Positions 1 through 9,835 are shown, counted from the stretch's first letter. The stretch is DNA of 26,544 nucleotides from Bacteroidales bacterium (GCA_028282585.1 JANQHR010000101.1:1-26544), one strand, 5' to 3'. A program made the numbers and translations. The notes: a model not told the origin generated them from the letters alone.

Positions 1-3000
1 AGCATCATCATCAAAAACACCGGCAATGGTTGAATTGCCACTTACTGTAAAATCAAATCCCATTGGGTCAAAATAAGTAGACGTAGCAACCGTGAAATCT
101 CCATTGACATTTACATTCCCGCCTAATGTATGGCTTGAATTATTGGAGTCTCCATCTTGAACAATTAAATGATGGTAAGTACCTGAATTTACCGTTTGGT
201 CTCCATTGCCATTGTAATTAACCGTATTGGGGCTTGCTGAGGCATTAAAAGTGGTTATGGTGGCATCATCTCCTATATACAATGTGCTGTTTGTTCCCTG
301 TGTTATTGAACCTGCGCCCGATATATCATCCGTTACCGTTGTTACGCTGTTATTAAGATAACTGCCCGAATTTACTACAATATCATCACCTAAATTAACA
401 TCTCCATTGTTGGTGAAACTACCTGAATTAATAGTTATATCCGTTATAACATCAATATCCGGTATGTTATTGGTTATCGTTCCATCGATAATAATACTTT
501 GAAAATCGATATCGGCAATGGTACCTCCAATTAACTTGTTTGAACCATTGAATGTATAAGCGCCGGTTCCTTGGGTAAAAGTAGCTCCTGTATTTACGGC
601 TAAATCGCTTGATATTGTTATTCCAGAGTTTGCTGTATTAGACCATGTTCCACCATTTTCAACCGTTAAGTTATTAAAGGTTTTTGTTCCTCTCCAATCT
701 GTAATTGAAACCGTTACTCCTGATGAAATTACTAAATCGGGATTGATCGTTAAGTTACACCAATCAATAGTAAACCCGGATGTTAATGCTGTTAATGTTC
801 CATCAAATATTACTTCTCCGTTTACACTACCATCAAACCACGCGCCATCTATAACTGCATTCCCACTGAAAGTAGTGGTTCCTGATACATTGTTATCATA
901 AATCCGGCTTTTAATAGTTGCTGTGCCTGCAACATCCATATCAAAGCTTACAGGATAAAAATCAGTAAAGTCTTCTATCGTAAAATCGCCATTAACAATA
1001 GTATTTCCACTTAAATACTTATTACTATAATCGTCATTGCCATCTTCAACAATTAAATTTTCATAGGTAGTAGCAACCATGTGCTGATCGCCAGTTCCAT
1101 CATATATTACCGTATTTCCTGCATTTGTATTTGCATCAAAAATACCTGCAGTTCCAAAAGACGCTGTACTACCCTGAAACGTTAAGATTGTTTCGTTAAC
1201 CAATGATGCTGTTCCATCTGCCCCGTTTACGGTTCCTTCAATTATTAACCCGCTTGTAGCCTCAGAACATTGGTTAGTTAATGTTAAGCCACTTGCCATT
1301 GTGATAGTACCATCCAGGATTGTTGAAGCAGTACCTGATATTACCTGGTTTGCAGTAGTAAAATCGATTACCATGCTATTTCCATTGGTAATTTGAAATG
1401 TACCATTGTTTTCAATTCCACCTTCAAAATTGTAAGTTCTTCGATCAACAGGACATGTATACAACCCTCCACTATGAACAGTAACTTTACCTTGAAAAGT
1501 TCTAGTAAGGTCGTTAACACCCCTTGTATCTCTCATCTGTCCATAAATATCCGTGGTTCCTTGTATTGTGATATTCTGGTTATTTAAATACAGGTCACCA
1601 TCCTCGGTTATTACAAGATTTCCTATTGTTGGACTGGTATTTAATGCAACAGTTGTATGCAGTATAGCTACATTATCACTTGGAACCGGCACAGTTCCTC
1701 CATTCCAAATAGACCCTGTATTCCAATTACCTGGTGCAACTGTATACTTATCTGGTAGAACCCCATCAAAACATCCTGTGCTTTCTCCTAACGTTAAATC
1801 TCCCCATTCTATTACATCACTTAAAGAAATTGAATTTGTTATATGATTGTAACTTAAATTTGTGGGATTTGAAACCGTAGTTAACCAACCAGAACCTGTT
1901 AAATAACCAACTTCATCTAAGTTAGCTTCTGCCAAAGGGATATCACCATCAGAATAATTAAAAGTAGCATCATATTCAGTACCTACCAAATCCGATGAAT
2001 TTAAAGTTAAATATTTATTTAAAGCATTGTCACTACCTTCCGTTAATGGGTGTTTCTTATTTCTTAGATAAATATTTAAATATCCTCCAACATCATTAGT
2101 AACATTTGATATCACTAAAGGATTATAATCTGTTCCGTATCCTAAAGGAAAAGTACCTTCCAAATCATCTGCACTATTCGACCTTATTCTAATATAACCT
2201 CCATTTTGATAATCTATCATATTTGAAGAACTGAAAGAACCTGCAATCGAATAACTTCTATCTAAATATAAGTAATAACCATTTAAATTAAGTATACCAT
2301 CTGTTAATGTTAATGTACCTCCACCTAAAATAGTTGTATTTCCTTGTATTGATTTAGTTCCATTTCCATCCAACGTTAAGTTGTAATAATAAAAATTACC
2401 TATTACTTGATTCCCTCCTCCATTATATATAACAGTGGAAGCACCTCTATCAAAAAAATCACCATTATCCGTTGAATAAAAATCACCGCCAACCGTTATA
2501 GTTCCCGTTCCATTAACACCACCCGGGCTACAATCTATATAATTACGGTTGCCATTATTTTCAGATGCTAAAATATCACCTGAAACTGTAATTGTACCAT
2601 CACTTAACCAAATCTGGTCATCTTGTTGGTTACTACCCGTGTTAGGGAAATAAATATTCGCAGCTATTAAGTTCCCATCATCCACATTTAAGTATTCATT
2701 GGCCCCATTAACGCTTGGGTTTCCAAAATTAATGTCTCCTGAAACAGTTAATGTTATTCCTGAATTAATGTTTACAGTTGTTGTAGTGGTATTATCAGCA
2801 AAAGTTAACGAAGCACATTGTGCATCAACATTAATATCTACTGTAACTCCATCTGCTATTATAACATCATCTACTGCCGTTGGTATACCGGCTGACCAAT
2901 TTGCAGGAGTATCCCAGTTATTATCTCCGCCTCCGCCATTAAAAGTGGTTTGTGCATTTAATCCATAGCAAGTTATTACGAACCAAATTGCAAAAAGTAT

Positions 3001-3012
3001 TTTTTTTGCCAT
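1..3012 (-). CDS. Large exported repeat protein (G8-like/beta-helix adhesin-type), N-terminal 1004 aa, 3' end beyond left edge
   Basis: Absent from the ORF track because no stop lies in the window. ATG at 3012-3010 gives MAKKILFAIWFVITCYGLNA|QTTFNGGGGDNNWDTPANWSAGIPTAVDDVII (signal peptide plus a W-x5-W-x3-P G8-like start). The frame is in register at position 1 (...FDFTVSGNSTIAGVFDDDA). A second G8-like start lies near 1740 (GNWNTGSIWNGGTVP). T/N/G/V/I-rich strands and a recurring TVxYxGxGxQ motif. I spot-checked the frame in several segments, not every codon. Confidence 0.88.
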   Translation of the reverse strand, partial: MAKKILFAIWFVITCYGLNAQTTFNGGGGDNNWDTPANWSAGIPTAVDDVIIADGVTVDINVDAQCASLTFADNTTTTTVNINSGITLTVSGDINFGNPSVNGANEYLNVDDGNLIAANIYFPNTGSNQQDDQIWLSDGTITVSGDILASENNGNRNYIDCSPGGVNGTGTITVGGDFYSTDNGDFFDRGASTVIYNGGGNQVIGNFYYYNLTLDGNGTKSIQGNTTILGGGTLTLTDGILNLNGYYLYLDRSYSIAGSFSSSNMIDYQNGGYIRIRSNSADDLEGTFPLGYGTDYNPLVISNVTNDVGGYLNIYLRNKKHPLTEGSDNALNKYLTLNSSDLVGTEYDATFNYSDGDIPLAEANLDEVGYLTGSGWLTTVSNPTNLSYNHITNSISLSDVIEWGDLTLGESTGCFDGVLPDKYTVAPGNWNTGSIWNGGTVPVPSDNVAILHTTVALNTSPTIGNLVITEDGDLYLNNQNITIQGTTDIYGQMRDTRGVNDLTRTFQGKVTVHSGGLYTCPVDRRTYNFEGGIENNGTFQITNGNSMVIDFTTANQVISGTASTILDGTITMASGLTLTNQCSEATSGLIIEGTVNGADGTASLVNETILTFQGSTASFGTAGIFDANTNAGNTVIYDGTGDQHMVATTYENLIVEDGNDDYSNKYLSGNTIVNGDFTIEDFTDFYPVSFDMDVAGTATIKSRIYDNNVSGTTTFSGNAVIDGAWFDGSVNGEVIFDGTLTALTSGFTIDWCNLTINPDLVISSGVTVSITDWRGTKTFNNLTVENGGTWSNTANSGITISSDLAVNTGATFTQGTGAYTFNGSNKLIGGTIADIDFQSIIIDGTITNNIPDIDVITDITINSGSFTNNGDVNLGDDIVVNSGSYLNNSVTTVTDDISGAGSITQGTNSTLYIGDDATITTFNASASPNTVNYNGNGDQTVNSGTYHHLIVQDGDSNNSSHTLGGNVNVNGDFTVATSTYFDPMGFDFTVSGNSTIAGVFDDDA

Positions 3013-3204
3013 ATATCTAACTTAAAATTTCTTCCAATTTCTATTAAAATACCTACATACGATATTTCTACTAAAGTAATTAATATACTAAACCTTAAAA
3101 CAGTTTTACATTATATATTCTTATTTGTTACAATTTACATCAATAATTACAAGCAGTTGATCTTAATTTAACAAACTTTGATCAAATAGTTACTCAATTG
3201 AATA

Positions 3205-3212
3205 CAAATCTA
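3205..3212 (-). promoter_or_regulatory. Possible Bacteroidota sigma70 -7 element (TAGATTTG) for the leftward gene
   Basis: Matches TAnnTTTG on the minus strand about 190 bp upstream of ATG 3012. No convincing -33 TTTG, and the AT-rich background makes a chance match possible. Confidence 0.25.
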
Positions 3213-3413
3213 AACTATATTACAATAATTATTATAAGTATTAACCCCTAAATTGTAGGTTTAAAAAACAGATCTATAAGTAAAAACAACTAGTTATATA
3301 ATGGTATTTATTTCCTTCATATTATATTGTTGGAAATAACCCTATTTTTAATTCGGTATTGTTTTGTCATATAACTTAAGCTATCTTTATTGTAAATATA
3401 TTTGATCTACATC

Positions 3414-4094
3414 ATGAATAAAAAAATACTAATCGCGGTTATAATAATATTTTCTACAACAAAAGGGTTTGCTCAACTTGAAAACATTCCTCTTCTAACG
3501 GTTACTGGAGAATCTGTAATTAAAGCAAAACCTGAGCAAATAATCATGAAAGTAAATACCAATAAAAAACTAAATTTAAATGATTTACGCAATTTAACAA
3601 CGTTCAATAAGTTCGAGGCTGTAGAAATAAAAATAAAAGTTATTTTAGATGATGAGGATGAACTAATAGTTAGTATCGACAAACTTTTAAACATAGGTGA
3701 AGAGCTTTATATTGAGAGAGAATTTTACATTACTATTAATGATCCTAAAGAATACCCTAATGTGATTTTACAAGTTTTAAATTCAGGTTTTAAAAATATC
3801 TCAGTAATTGATTTTAGAGTTAATGATCCTGCTAAATACAAAGAGCAGGCTTTAATTATAGCTACTAGAAATGCTAAAGACAAAGCGCAAATACTGGCAA
3901 ACGAAATTGGGCAGAAAATAGGGGCCATACATCTTATTGAAGAAATACAAGTTCCTCTGTATAATTGGTATACTAACCCTATGTATGTTGATTCTATCTT
4001 AATAAACAATGAAATTGTAGACTTTTATTTAATTGAACCCGGTTATATTACGTTCCCAGCAAAAGTTAAATTAAGTTTTGACTTGATTAAATAA
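3414..4094 (+). CDS. SIMPL/DUF541 (BP26/YggE-like) periplasmic protein
   Basis: Signal peptide MNKKILIAVIIIFSTTKGFA|Q. Family motifs LTVTGESVIKAKPE, ALIIATRNAKDKAQILANEIGQKIGAIHLIEE and the terminal ITFPAKVKLSFDL. ATG 3414 preferred over TTG 3402. Confidence 0.85.
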   Translation: MNKKILIAVIIIFSTTKGFAQLENIPLLTVTGESVIKAKPEQIIMKVNTNKKLNLNDLRNLTTFNKFEAVEIKIKVILDDEDELIVSIDKLLNIGEELYIEREFYITINDPKEYPNVILQVLNSGFKNISVIDFRVNDPAKYKEQALIIATRNAKDKAQILANEIGQKIGAIHLIEEIQVPLYNWYTNPMYVDSILINNEIVDFYLIEPGYITFPAKVKLSFDLIK

Positions 4095-4213
4095 AATTGA
4101 CCTATTTTCGATCATTAACCTGAATTATTACTATGTTAGTCAAAAACTGAAAATTATTTATAACTAAGCTGTTATAATTCTGCAAATTAATTTTTCAAGT
4201 ATAGATTTTTTTC

Positions 4214-4221
4214 TAATTTTG
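4214..4221 (+). promoter_or_regulatory. Putative Bacteroidota -7 promoter element (TAATTTTG) for the pilin operon
   Basis: Exact TAnnTTTG 35 bp before ATG 4256. The -33 position shows only TTTC. Confidence 0.45.
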
Positions 4222-4255
4222 CTTCTCTTTTAATGTATCAAATTAAACCTTTGTT

Positions 4256-4672
4256 ATGATATTACGAGAAAGAAAAATGAGAAAATTACCTGCTTTCAGT
4301 TTAACAGAATTACTAGTTGTTTTAGTAATTATTGGAATTTTAGTTCTTTTAGCTTTACCCAATTTAATGCCACTTATCTCTAAAGCAAAAAGTACAGAAG
4401 CGCAGGTACAACTTGGACATTTACATACTTTAGAAAAAACCTACTTTTATATGCATTCGAAATATTCGGATGATCTTGAGGAAATTGGTTTTGAACAACA
4501 AAAAACAGTCCTTGAAGGAGGCCAAGCCAATTATATTATAGAAATAGTGGAGTCATCTTCCACAGGATTTATTGCCAAGGCTACTGCGGTTGTAGATTTC
4601 GATGGCGATGGAACCTATAATGTTTGGGAAATTGATCAGGATAAAAATTTAAAAGAGGTTGTTAAGGATTAA
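4256..4672 (+). CDS. Major type IV pilin/pseudopilin (PilA/GspG-like)
   Basis: Class III signal RKLPA|FSLTELLVVLVIIGILVLLALP with E5 and P22, then KAKSTEAQVQL and a C-terminal DFDGDG loop. Alternative start at 4277. Confidence 0.93.
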   Translation: MILRERKMRKLPAFSLTELLVVLVIIGILVLLALPNLMPLISKAKSTEAQVQLGHLHTLEKTYFYMHSKYSDDLEEIGFEQQKTVLEGGQANYIIEIVESSSTGFIAKATAVVDFDGDGTYNVWEIDQDKNLKEVVKD

Positions 4673-4677
4673 CCCAG

Positions 4678-5208
4678 ATGTTCATACTTAATATTGTAAT
4701 ACTTATACTTTTGCTATTTGTAGCCATTCAAGATTTTCTGTACAGAAAAATTGTTTGGGTAGCTTTTCCTTTGTTATTTCTTTTATTCCTCACCTCTGGA
4801 ATTATTCAAATAGGTTTAAAACCTTTATCAGGTTTTTTTTTAATTAATATTGGATTCCTTGTTTTACAATTATTTTTAATTACGATTTATTATTCACTAA
4901 AAAACAAAAGAATATTTAACATCGTTAATACTTCTTTAGGAATAGGCGACATTTTATTTTTTGTGATTTTAGCATTATCCTTTTCTCCGCCTAATTTCAT
5001 ATTTTTTTTAATTGTAATACTTCTAGCAATATTAGTTATCTACAGTTTGTTTCTAACTTTTAATCAAGTGCAAAACAAACATGTACCTCTTGCGGGAGGA
5101 TTAGCATTTGCACTTTTGTTATTAGTACTTCTTGAAACTATAACAGATAGATGTTATCGTTATGACGACTCATTTATTCTTAATTTAATGCAAACAGCAA
5201 ATGTCTAA
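4678..5208 (+). CDS. Prepilin peptidase, A24 family, short form
   Basis: Multi-pass membrane protein with catalytic-type motifs IQDF and GIGD and a C-terminal VPLAG. No Cys-rich N-terminal methylase domain. Confidence 0.85.
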   Translation: MFILNIVILILLLFVAIQDFLYRKIVWVAFPLLFLLFLTSGIIQIGLKPLSGFFLINIGFLVLQLFLITIYYSLKNKRIFNIVNTSLGIGDILFFVILALSFSPPNFIFFLIVILLAILVIYSLFLTFNQVQNKHVPLAGGLAFALLLLVLLETITDRCYRYDDSFILNLMQTANV

Positions 5209-6637
5209 AAAAGATTATATTAAAATACAAACAGAACTATTACAAACTGTTACAACGGAACAAGCTTGGCATTACGCTATTATTCCTAAGAATAATACTA
5301 ATAATAAAATACTGGAGTTTTATATTGATCAAAATAAATGTAACCCTAGTATAAAAGAAGAATTGGAAATTATACTTGCCAAGGAGATATTATTATACCC
5401 TATAGAAACTGACATTATAAATAAAACATTAGGTAAGTATTATATTCGTTCTGAACAAAAAAAACAAAATATTTCAGTTAATTGGTCGCGATCAGATAAT
5501 TTCCTGGAGTTTATTATTAACGAAGCAAACTCTATTAACTGTAGTGATATACATATAGAAACTTACGAAAAAAGATGTCGTATTCGTTTACGTATTGATG
5601 GTAAGTTAGTTGAAAGGTACACCGTTGATAGAAGTGAATATCCTGCTTTGGTAAATAAAATTAAGATTAAAGCTAACCTTGATATTGCAGAGAAACGTTT
5701 ACCACAAGATGGTAGAATATTTTTCGAACTAAAAAATAGTACCTTCGATATCAGAGTGTCTGTTCTTCCAACTTTACATGGAGAAAAGATCGTTCTCCGT
5801 TTATTAAGTAAAGATGCTACGGATATCAATATTGAGAAATTAGGATTTAGTAAGCAACAATTAAAAAATTATCTGGAAGCTGCAAAAAAATCTTATGGAA
5901 TTATATTAATTAGCGGACCAACGGGTTCCGGAAAAACAACAACTTTATACGCAACACTGAAGGTTCTTAATAAAGAAAATACAAACATTCTGACTATTGA
6001 AGATCCCATAGAATACACTTTAGAAGGAATAAACCAAGTGCAATTGAAAGAAAAAATTGGCTTAACCTTTGCTCATGCTCTTCGAACTTTTTTAAGGCAA
6101 GATCCTGATATAATAATGTTAGGTGAGATACGAGATCCTGAAACCGCAAATATGGCTATACGAGCTGCTTTAACTGGTCATCTTGTATTATCAACAGTTC
6201 ATACTAATACGGCTTGGGGCACGGTTTCTCGTTTAGTCGATATGGGAGTTCCTCCTTTTTTATTAGCCAGCACATTAAATCTTACTGTCTCTCAAAGACT
6301 TGTAAGGCTTTTATGCCCAGATTGTAAGCAAGAAACAGAATTCAGTAAAGATTTGTACCCAAAACATTTTGATCCTCCTACTGAACTAAACACACACCAA
6401 AAGGCAACGGGATGCATAAATTGTTTTTATACCGGTTATAAAGGAAGAAAGGCTGTATATGAGGTAATTCCTATCGATACAGAAATAGAAAAACATATAA
6501 AAAATACTGAATTCAACATAAATAATTTATTATCTGAAAAAGGGATAAAAAGAATTTGGCAAAGTGCATTTGAATTATTTAAAAATGGGAGTACTACCAT
6601 CGAAGAAATTTATCCTATATTAATGAATCAGGACTAA
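5201..6637 (+). CDS. gspE: GspE/PilB family assembly ATPase
   Basis: SDIHIE, EKRLPQDG, Walker A GPTGSGKTT, Asp box TIEDPIE, Walker B LRQDPDIIMLGEIRD, His box TGHLVLSTVH, Zn motif CPDC...CINC. Confidence 0.96.
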   Translation: MSKKDYIKIQTELLQTVTTEQAWHYAIIPKNNTNNKILEFYIDQNKCNPSIKEELEIILAKEILLYPIETDIINKTLGKYYIRSEQKKQNISVNWSRSDNFLEFIINEANSINCSDIHIETYEKRCRIRLRIDGKLVERYTVDRSEYPALVNKIKIKANLDIAEKRLPQDGRIFFELKNSTFDIRVSVLPTLHGEKIVLRLLSKDATDINIEKLGFSKQQLKNYLEAAKKSYGIILISGPTGSGKTTTLYATLKVLNKENTNILTIEDPIEYTLEGINQVQLKEKIGLTFAHALRTFLRQDPDIIMLGEIRDPETANMAIRAALTGHLVLSTVHTNTAWGTVSRLVDMGVPPFLLASTLNLTVSQRLVRLLCPDCKQETEFSKDLYPKHFDPPTELNTHQKATGCINCFYTGYKGRKAVYEVIPIDTEIEKHIKNTEFNINNLLSEKGIKRIWQSAFELFKNGSTTIEEIYPILMNQD

Positions 6638-8598
6638 TGATTATGAGAAACAAATTATTAAACCTTACCCGGTTGAATAAGCTTATATTATTAATTGTAG
6701 TTAATGTAATTATAACTAATAATTTATTTGGCCAAGATAGAATTGAGTCTTTAAAAACAGAATTAACTGAAATGTCTAAAGATATACCTGAGTTAAATGC
6801 TGAGGTAAACTTATCTTTTGATGGCGTGTCAATTCAAGATTTTGTAAGAGCTATAGCACTAAATGTTGGACTCAACATAAATGTTGATCCAAACATTAAC
6901 ATTGTTATTGTCAGCAATTTTAACAAAGTTAAAGTAATTGATGTATTAATATTTTTATGCAAAGAGTACAACTTAACAATTAATAGTATTGGGAGCATTT
7001 TAACAGTTTCCGAATATGAAGAACGCATAATTTCTAAGCCAGAGGTTAAAAAACAACAAAAAGATAAAATCAAATTCAATAATCAAAATAATCTTATAAG
7101 CATTGATGCGACTGAGGACACTCTTCTTTTTATTGCAAGAGAAATTACTGATAAAACGGGAAAAAACTTAGCCATTGCTCCAGGTTTAGGCAATATGCTT
7201 GTTTCCGCGTACATAAAGGATATGTCTTTTGATGATGCAATGAAAACTTTTGCATTTGGAAATAATCTTAATGTTTCTAAGCCAAGTGATAATTTTTACC
7301 TTATAGAAAAAATTGATCAATCTAAAAAAAGTGAATCATCCAGATTTAAAAAAGGAACTTCCAATGAAGAAAATAATATTATTGAGTTAGATGATGATCA
7401 TAAAAATGAAATAAGAAGCAAAATTAATATTAGAAGCAAAGATTATATTTCTTTAACTTATAAAAGTGCACCAATCGACTTTATCCTTCGTGAAATAACA
7501 TCTCAACTAGGAATCAATTATGTATACCTCAATCCTATAGCCGGAGAAAAAGATATAAATGTAATGGGAGTAACTTTTGATGAGCTTCTTAATTATTTGT
7601 TTGATGGAACAGAATTTACGTATATAAAACAAGATCATATATATATATTCGGTTTAAACACAAATAAAGAACTAACAACGTCGAAAGTAATCCAATTAAA
7701 GTATAGAACAATTGACAAAATTATTGATTATATACCTGCTGGTATTTCAGAAGGTCTTGAACTAAAAGAATTTCCTGAATTAAATAGTGTTATTGTTACT
7801 GGTTCTTCGATTAAAATAGCAACGATTGAAAATTTTCTAAAAGATATTGATAAAATTGTACCTGTAATATTAATAGAGGTATTAATTATAGATGTTACAA
7901 AAACACATGACGTTTCGACTGGAATTGATGCGGGACTTGGTGAAAGTGTATCTAAAACAACCGGTTCTATTTATCCATCGGTTGATGTACAATTAAGTAG
8001 CGAAACCATAAACAATTTAATAAACAGTTTTAATGGGTTTGGTTGGTTTAATCTGGGACAAGTTTCATCCGACTTTTATATGAAAATTAAGGCTCTTGAG
8101 GAAGATGGGTTTATTGACATCAGATCAACACCAAAACTTTCAACAATCAATGGTCATGAAGCTATATTAACCAGTGGTGAAACAAAATACTACAAAGAAG
8201 AAAGAAACAATTACATTGGTACGCAAAATCCATCTCTTTCAAGTTCGTTTACCTGGCAATCTGTAAATGCAGATTTAACAGTTAAAATAAAACCGTTCGT
8301 ATCTGGTAACGATCAAATAACGTTAGATATAACTGTTCAACAGTCTGAGTTCACACCAAGAGAATTTGAAAATTCGCCTCCCGGGTCTGTAACGCGAAAT
8401 TTCGAATCTTCTATTAGAGTTAAAAACGGAGAAATGGTCTTGCTTGGTGGTTTGGAAAAAAATCAGAAGAGCCAGACAACAAAAGGCTTTCCCCTACTTT
8501 CAAGAATTCCAATATTAAAGTGGCTTTTCAGCTCTGTTAATGATATAGACGATGAATCGAAACTTAATGTATTTATTCAACCAACAATTTTATACTAG
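6637..8598 (+). CDS. gspD: Outer-membrane secretin (GspD/PilQ family)
   Basis: Signal peptide, N3-like NSVIVTG...IKDID, secretin motifs STPKLSTINGHEA, VKNGEMVLLGGL, GFPLLSRIPILKWLF and LNVFIQPTIL. TAATG coupling to the ATPase gene. Confidence 0.95.
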   Translation: MIMRNKLLNLTRLNKLILLIVVNVIITNNLFGQDRIESLKTELTEMSKDIPELNAEVNLSFDGVSIQDFVRAIALNVGLNINVDPNINIVIVSNFNKVKVIDVLIFLCKEYNLTINSIGSILTVSEYEERIISKPEVKKQQKDKIKFNNQNNLISIDATEDTLLFIAREITDKTGKNLAIAPGLGNMLVSAYIKDMSFDDAMKTFAFGNNLNVSKPSDNFYLIEKIDQSKKSESSRFKKGTSNEENNIIELDDDHKNEIRSKINIRSKDYISLTYKSAPIDFILREITSQLGINYVYLNPIAGEKDINVMGVTFDELLNYLFDGTEFTYIKQDHIYIFGLNTNKELTTSKVIQLKYRTIDKIIDYIPAGISEGLELKEFPELNSVIVTGSSIKIATIENFLKDIDKIVPVILIEVLIIDVTKTHDVSTGIDAGLGESVSKTTGSIYPSVDVQLSSETINNLINSFNGFGWFNLGQVSSDFYMKIKALEEDGFIDIRSTPKLSTINGHEAILTSGETKYYKEERNNYIGTQNPSLSSSFTWQSVNADLTVKIKPFVSGNDQITLDITVQQSEFTPREFENSPPGSVTRNFESSIRVKNGEMVLLGGLEKNQKSQTTKGFPLLSRIPILKWLFSSVNDIDDESKLNVFIQPTILY

Positions 8599-9824
8599 TG
8601 ATAAAGTATTTGCAAAATATTAAATACATCAAGGGTAACAGGTCTTTAGGCATTCATTTAAAAATCAATGCTGAAAATGACTATACCCTATCAGCAGTTG
8701 AAACGGTTCGAAAAAAAGAATCAATTGAAATTACTTCGAAGCATTTGGTTTTAAACTCAATTGAAGATGTTAGTGAAGTAAACAAATCAAACGCTCCTGT
8801 TAGTACTACAATAACTGGTAAAGGCATTTTATCCAGAACAGTTCAAATTTTACCAGACGAAAACATTCTAAAAACAATTAACACCCTTTTTCCAAATATT
8901 TCTTTTAATGATTTTTATGTTCAAAAGAATTTAATTAAAGAGAATTTCTATCATGTCTCGATAATACGTAAATCCTTACTAAATAATATCCTGAATGAGT
9001 TTAAAAAATACAAGATTTTTATAACGAATCTTAGCATCAATCCATTTGTTATTCAAACCATTCTACCTATTATTAACCAGGAAGAATTAAATATTCCGGG
9101 ATTTTCCGTTAAAATAAAAAATAACCAAATTCAGGAAATAGAAAGTAACGATCGTAAAAATACTAACGATAACTATAATGTAGGAAATGAATTTCTTGAA
9201 TCAGATTATCTGATTTCGTATGCATGTGCAATAAATTATTTTATTGATTCTTCCGCTGATGAATCTAATTTGAACGATTTAATTCAATCATCTAAGGAAG
9301 AATATCTTGCCAAGCAAGCATTCACTTATGGAGGTTGGTTGGTTTTATTATCTGCTCTTTTGATCTTATTGATAAATTATCTATTTTATATTCATTATCA
9401 GGGAAAAAGAGATGAATTAAGCAATAAAATGCAATTACATAAAAACCTGATTTCTCAATTAACCGAATATAGAACACAATTTCAAAGAAAAACGGAATTC
9501 CTGGAGAAAAATAAAATACAATCATCATCAAAAATATCTTATTATGCCGACCAGATAGCCTTATCCGTTCCGAGCAAGATAACATTAACCGTGCTCAATA
9601 TTACTCCACTGCATAAAAGGCTAAAAAATAAACATGAAGCTGAGTTTCTTTTTAATAAAATATTAGTTGAAGGTGTTACACCGAATGGTATAATTCTAAA
9701 CCAATGGATTAAGGAACTAAAGAAATTAAGCTGGGTACAGAAAATAGAAATTACAGGATATTCCCAGGAAAATATAAACTCGAAAGGAGAATTTACTATT
9801 GAAATAATTCTTAATACTATCTAG
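8598..9824 (+). CDS. PilM-PilN fusion / GspL-like assembly platform protein
   Basis: About 240-aa cytoplasmic N-domain (LGIHL...KGILSR), one TM helix (GGWLVLLSALLILLINYLFY), a coiled coil and a PilN-like C-domain (ILVEGVT...WIKELKKLSWVQKI). GTG start overlaps the secretin stop. Confidence 0.7.
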   Translation: MIKYLQNIKYIKGNRSLGIHLKINAENDYTLSAVETVRKKESIEITSKHLVLNSIEDVSEVNKSNAPVSTTITGKGILSRTVQILPDENILKTINTLFPNISFNDFYVQKNLIKENFYHVSIIRKSLLNNILNEFKKYKIFITNLSINPFVIQTILPIINQEELNIPGFSVKIKNNQIQEIESNDRKNTNDNYNVGNEFLESDYLISYACAINYFIDSSADESNLNDLIQSSKEEYLAKQAFTYGGWLVLLSALLILLINYLFYIHYQGKRDELSNKMQLHKNLISQLTEYRTQFQRKTEFLEKNKIQSSSKISYYADQIALSVPSKITLTVLNITPLHKRLKNKHEAEFLFNKILVEGVTPNGIILNQWIKELKKLSWVQKIEITGYSQENINSKGEFTIEIILNTI

Positions 9825-9835
9825 AAGAATTAAGT

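Noticed and set aside
1393-2968. Short plus-strand ORFs 1393-1587, 1553-1846 and 2699-2968
   Set aside because: Antisense shadows of the long minus-strand gene 1-3012, with no recognisable motifs.
3397-3404. TATATTTG as the SIMPL promoter
   Set aside because: Matches TAnnTTTG but leaves almost no leader before ATG 3414 and has no properly spaced -33 element, so it is too weak to call.
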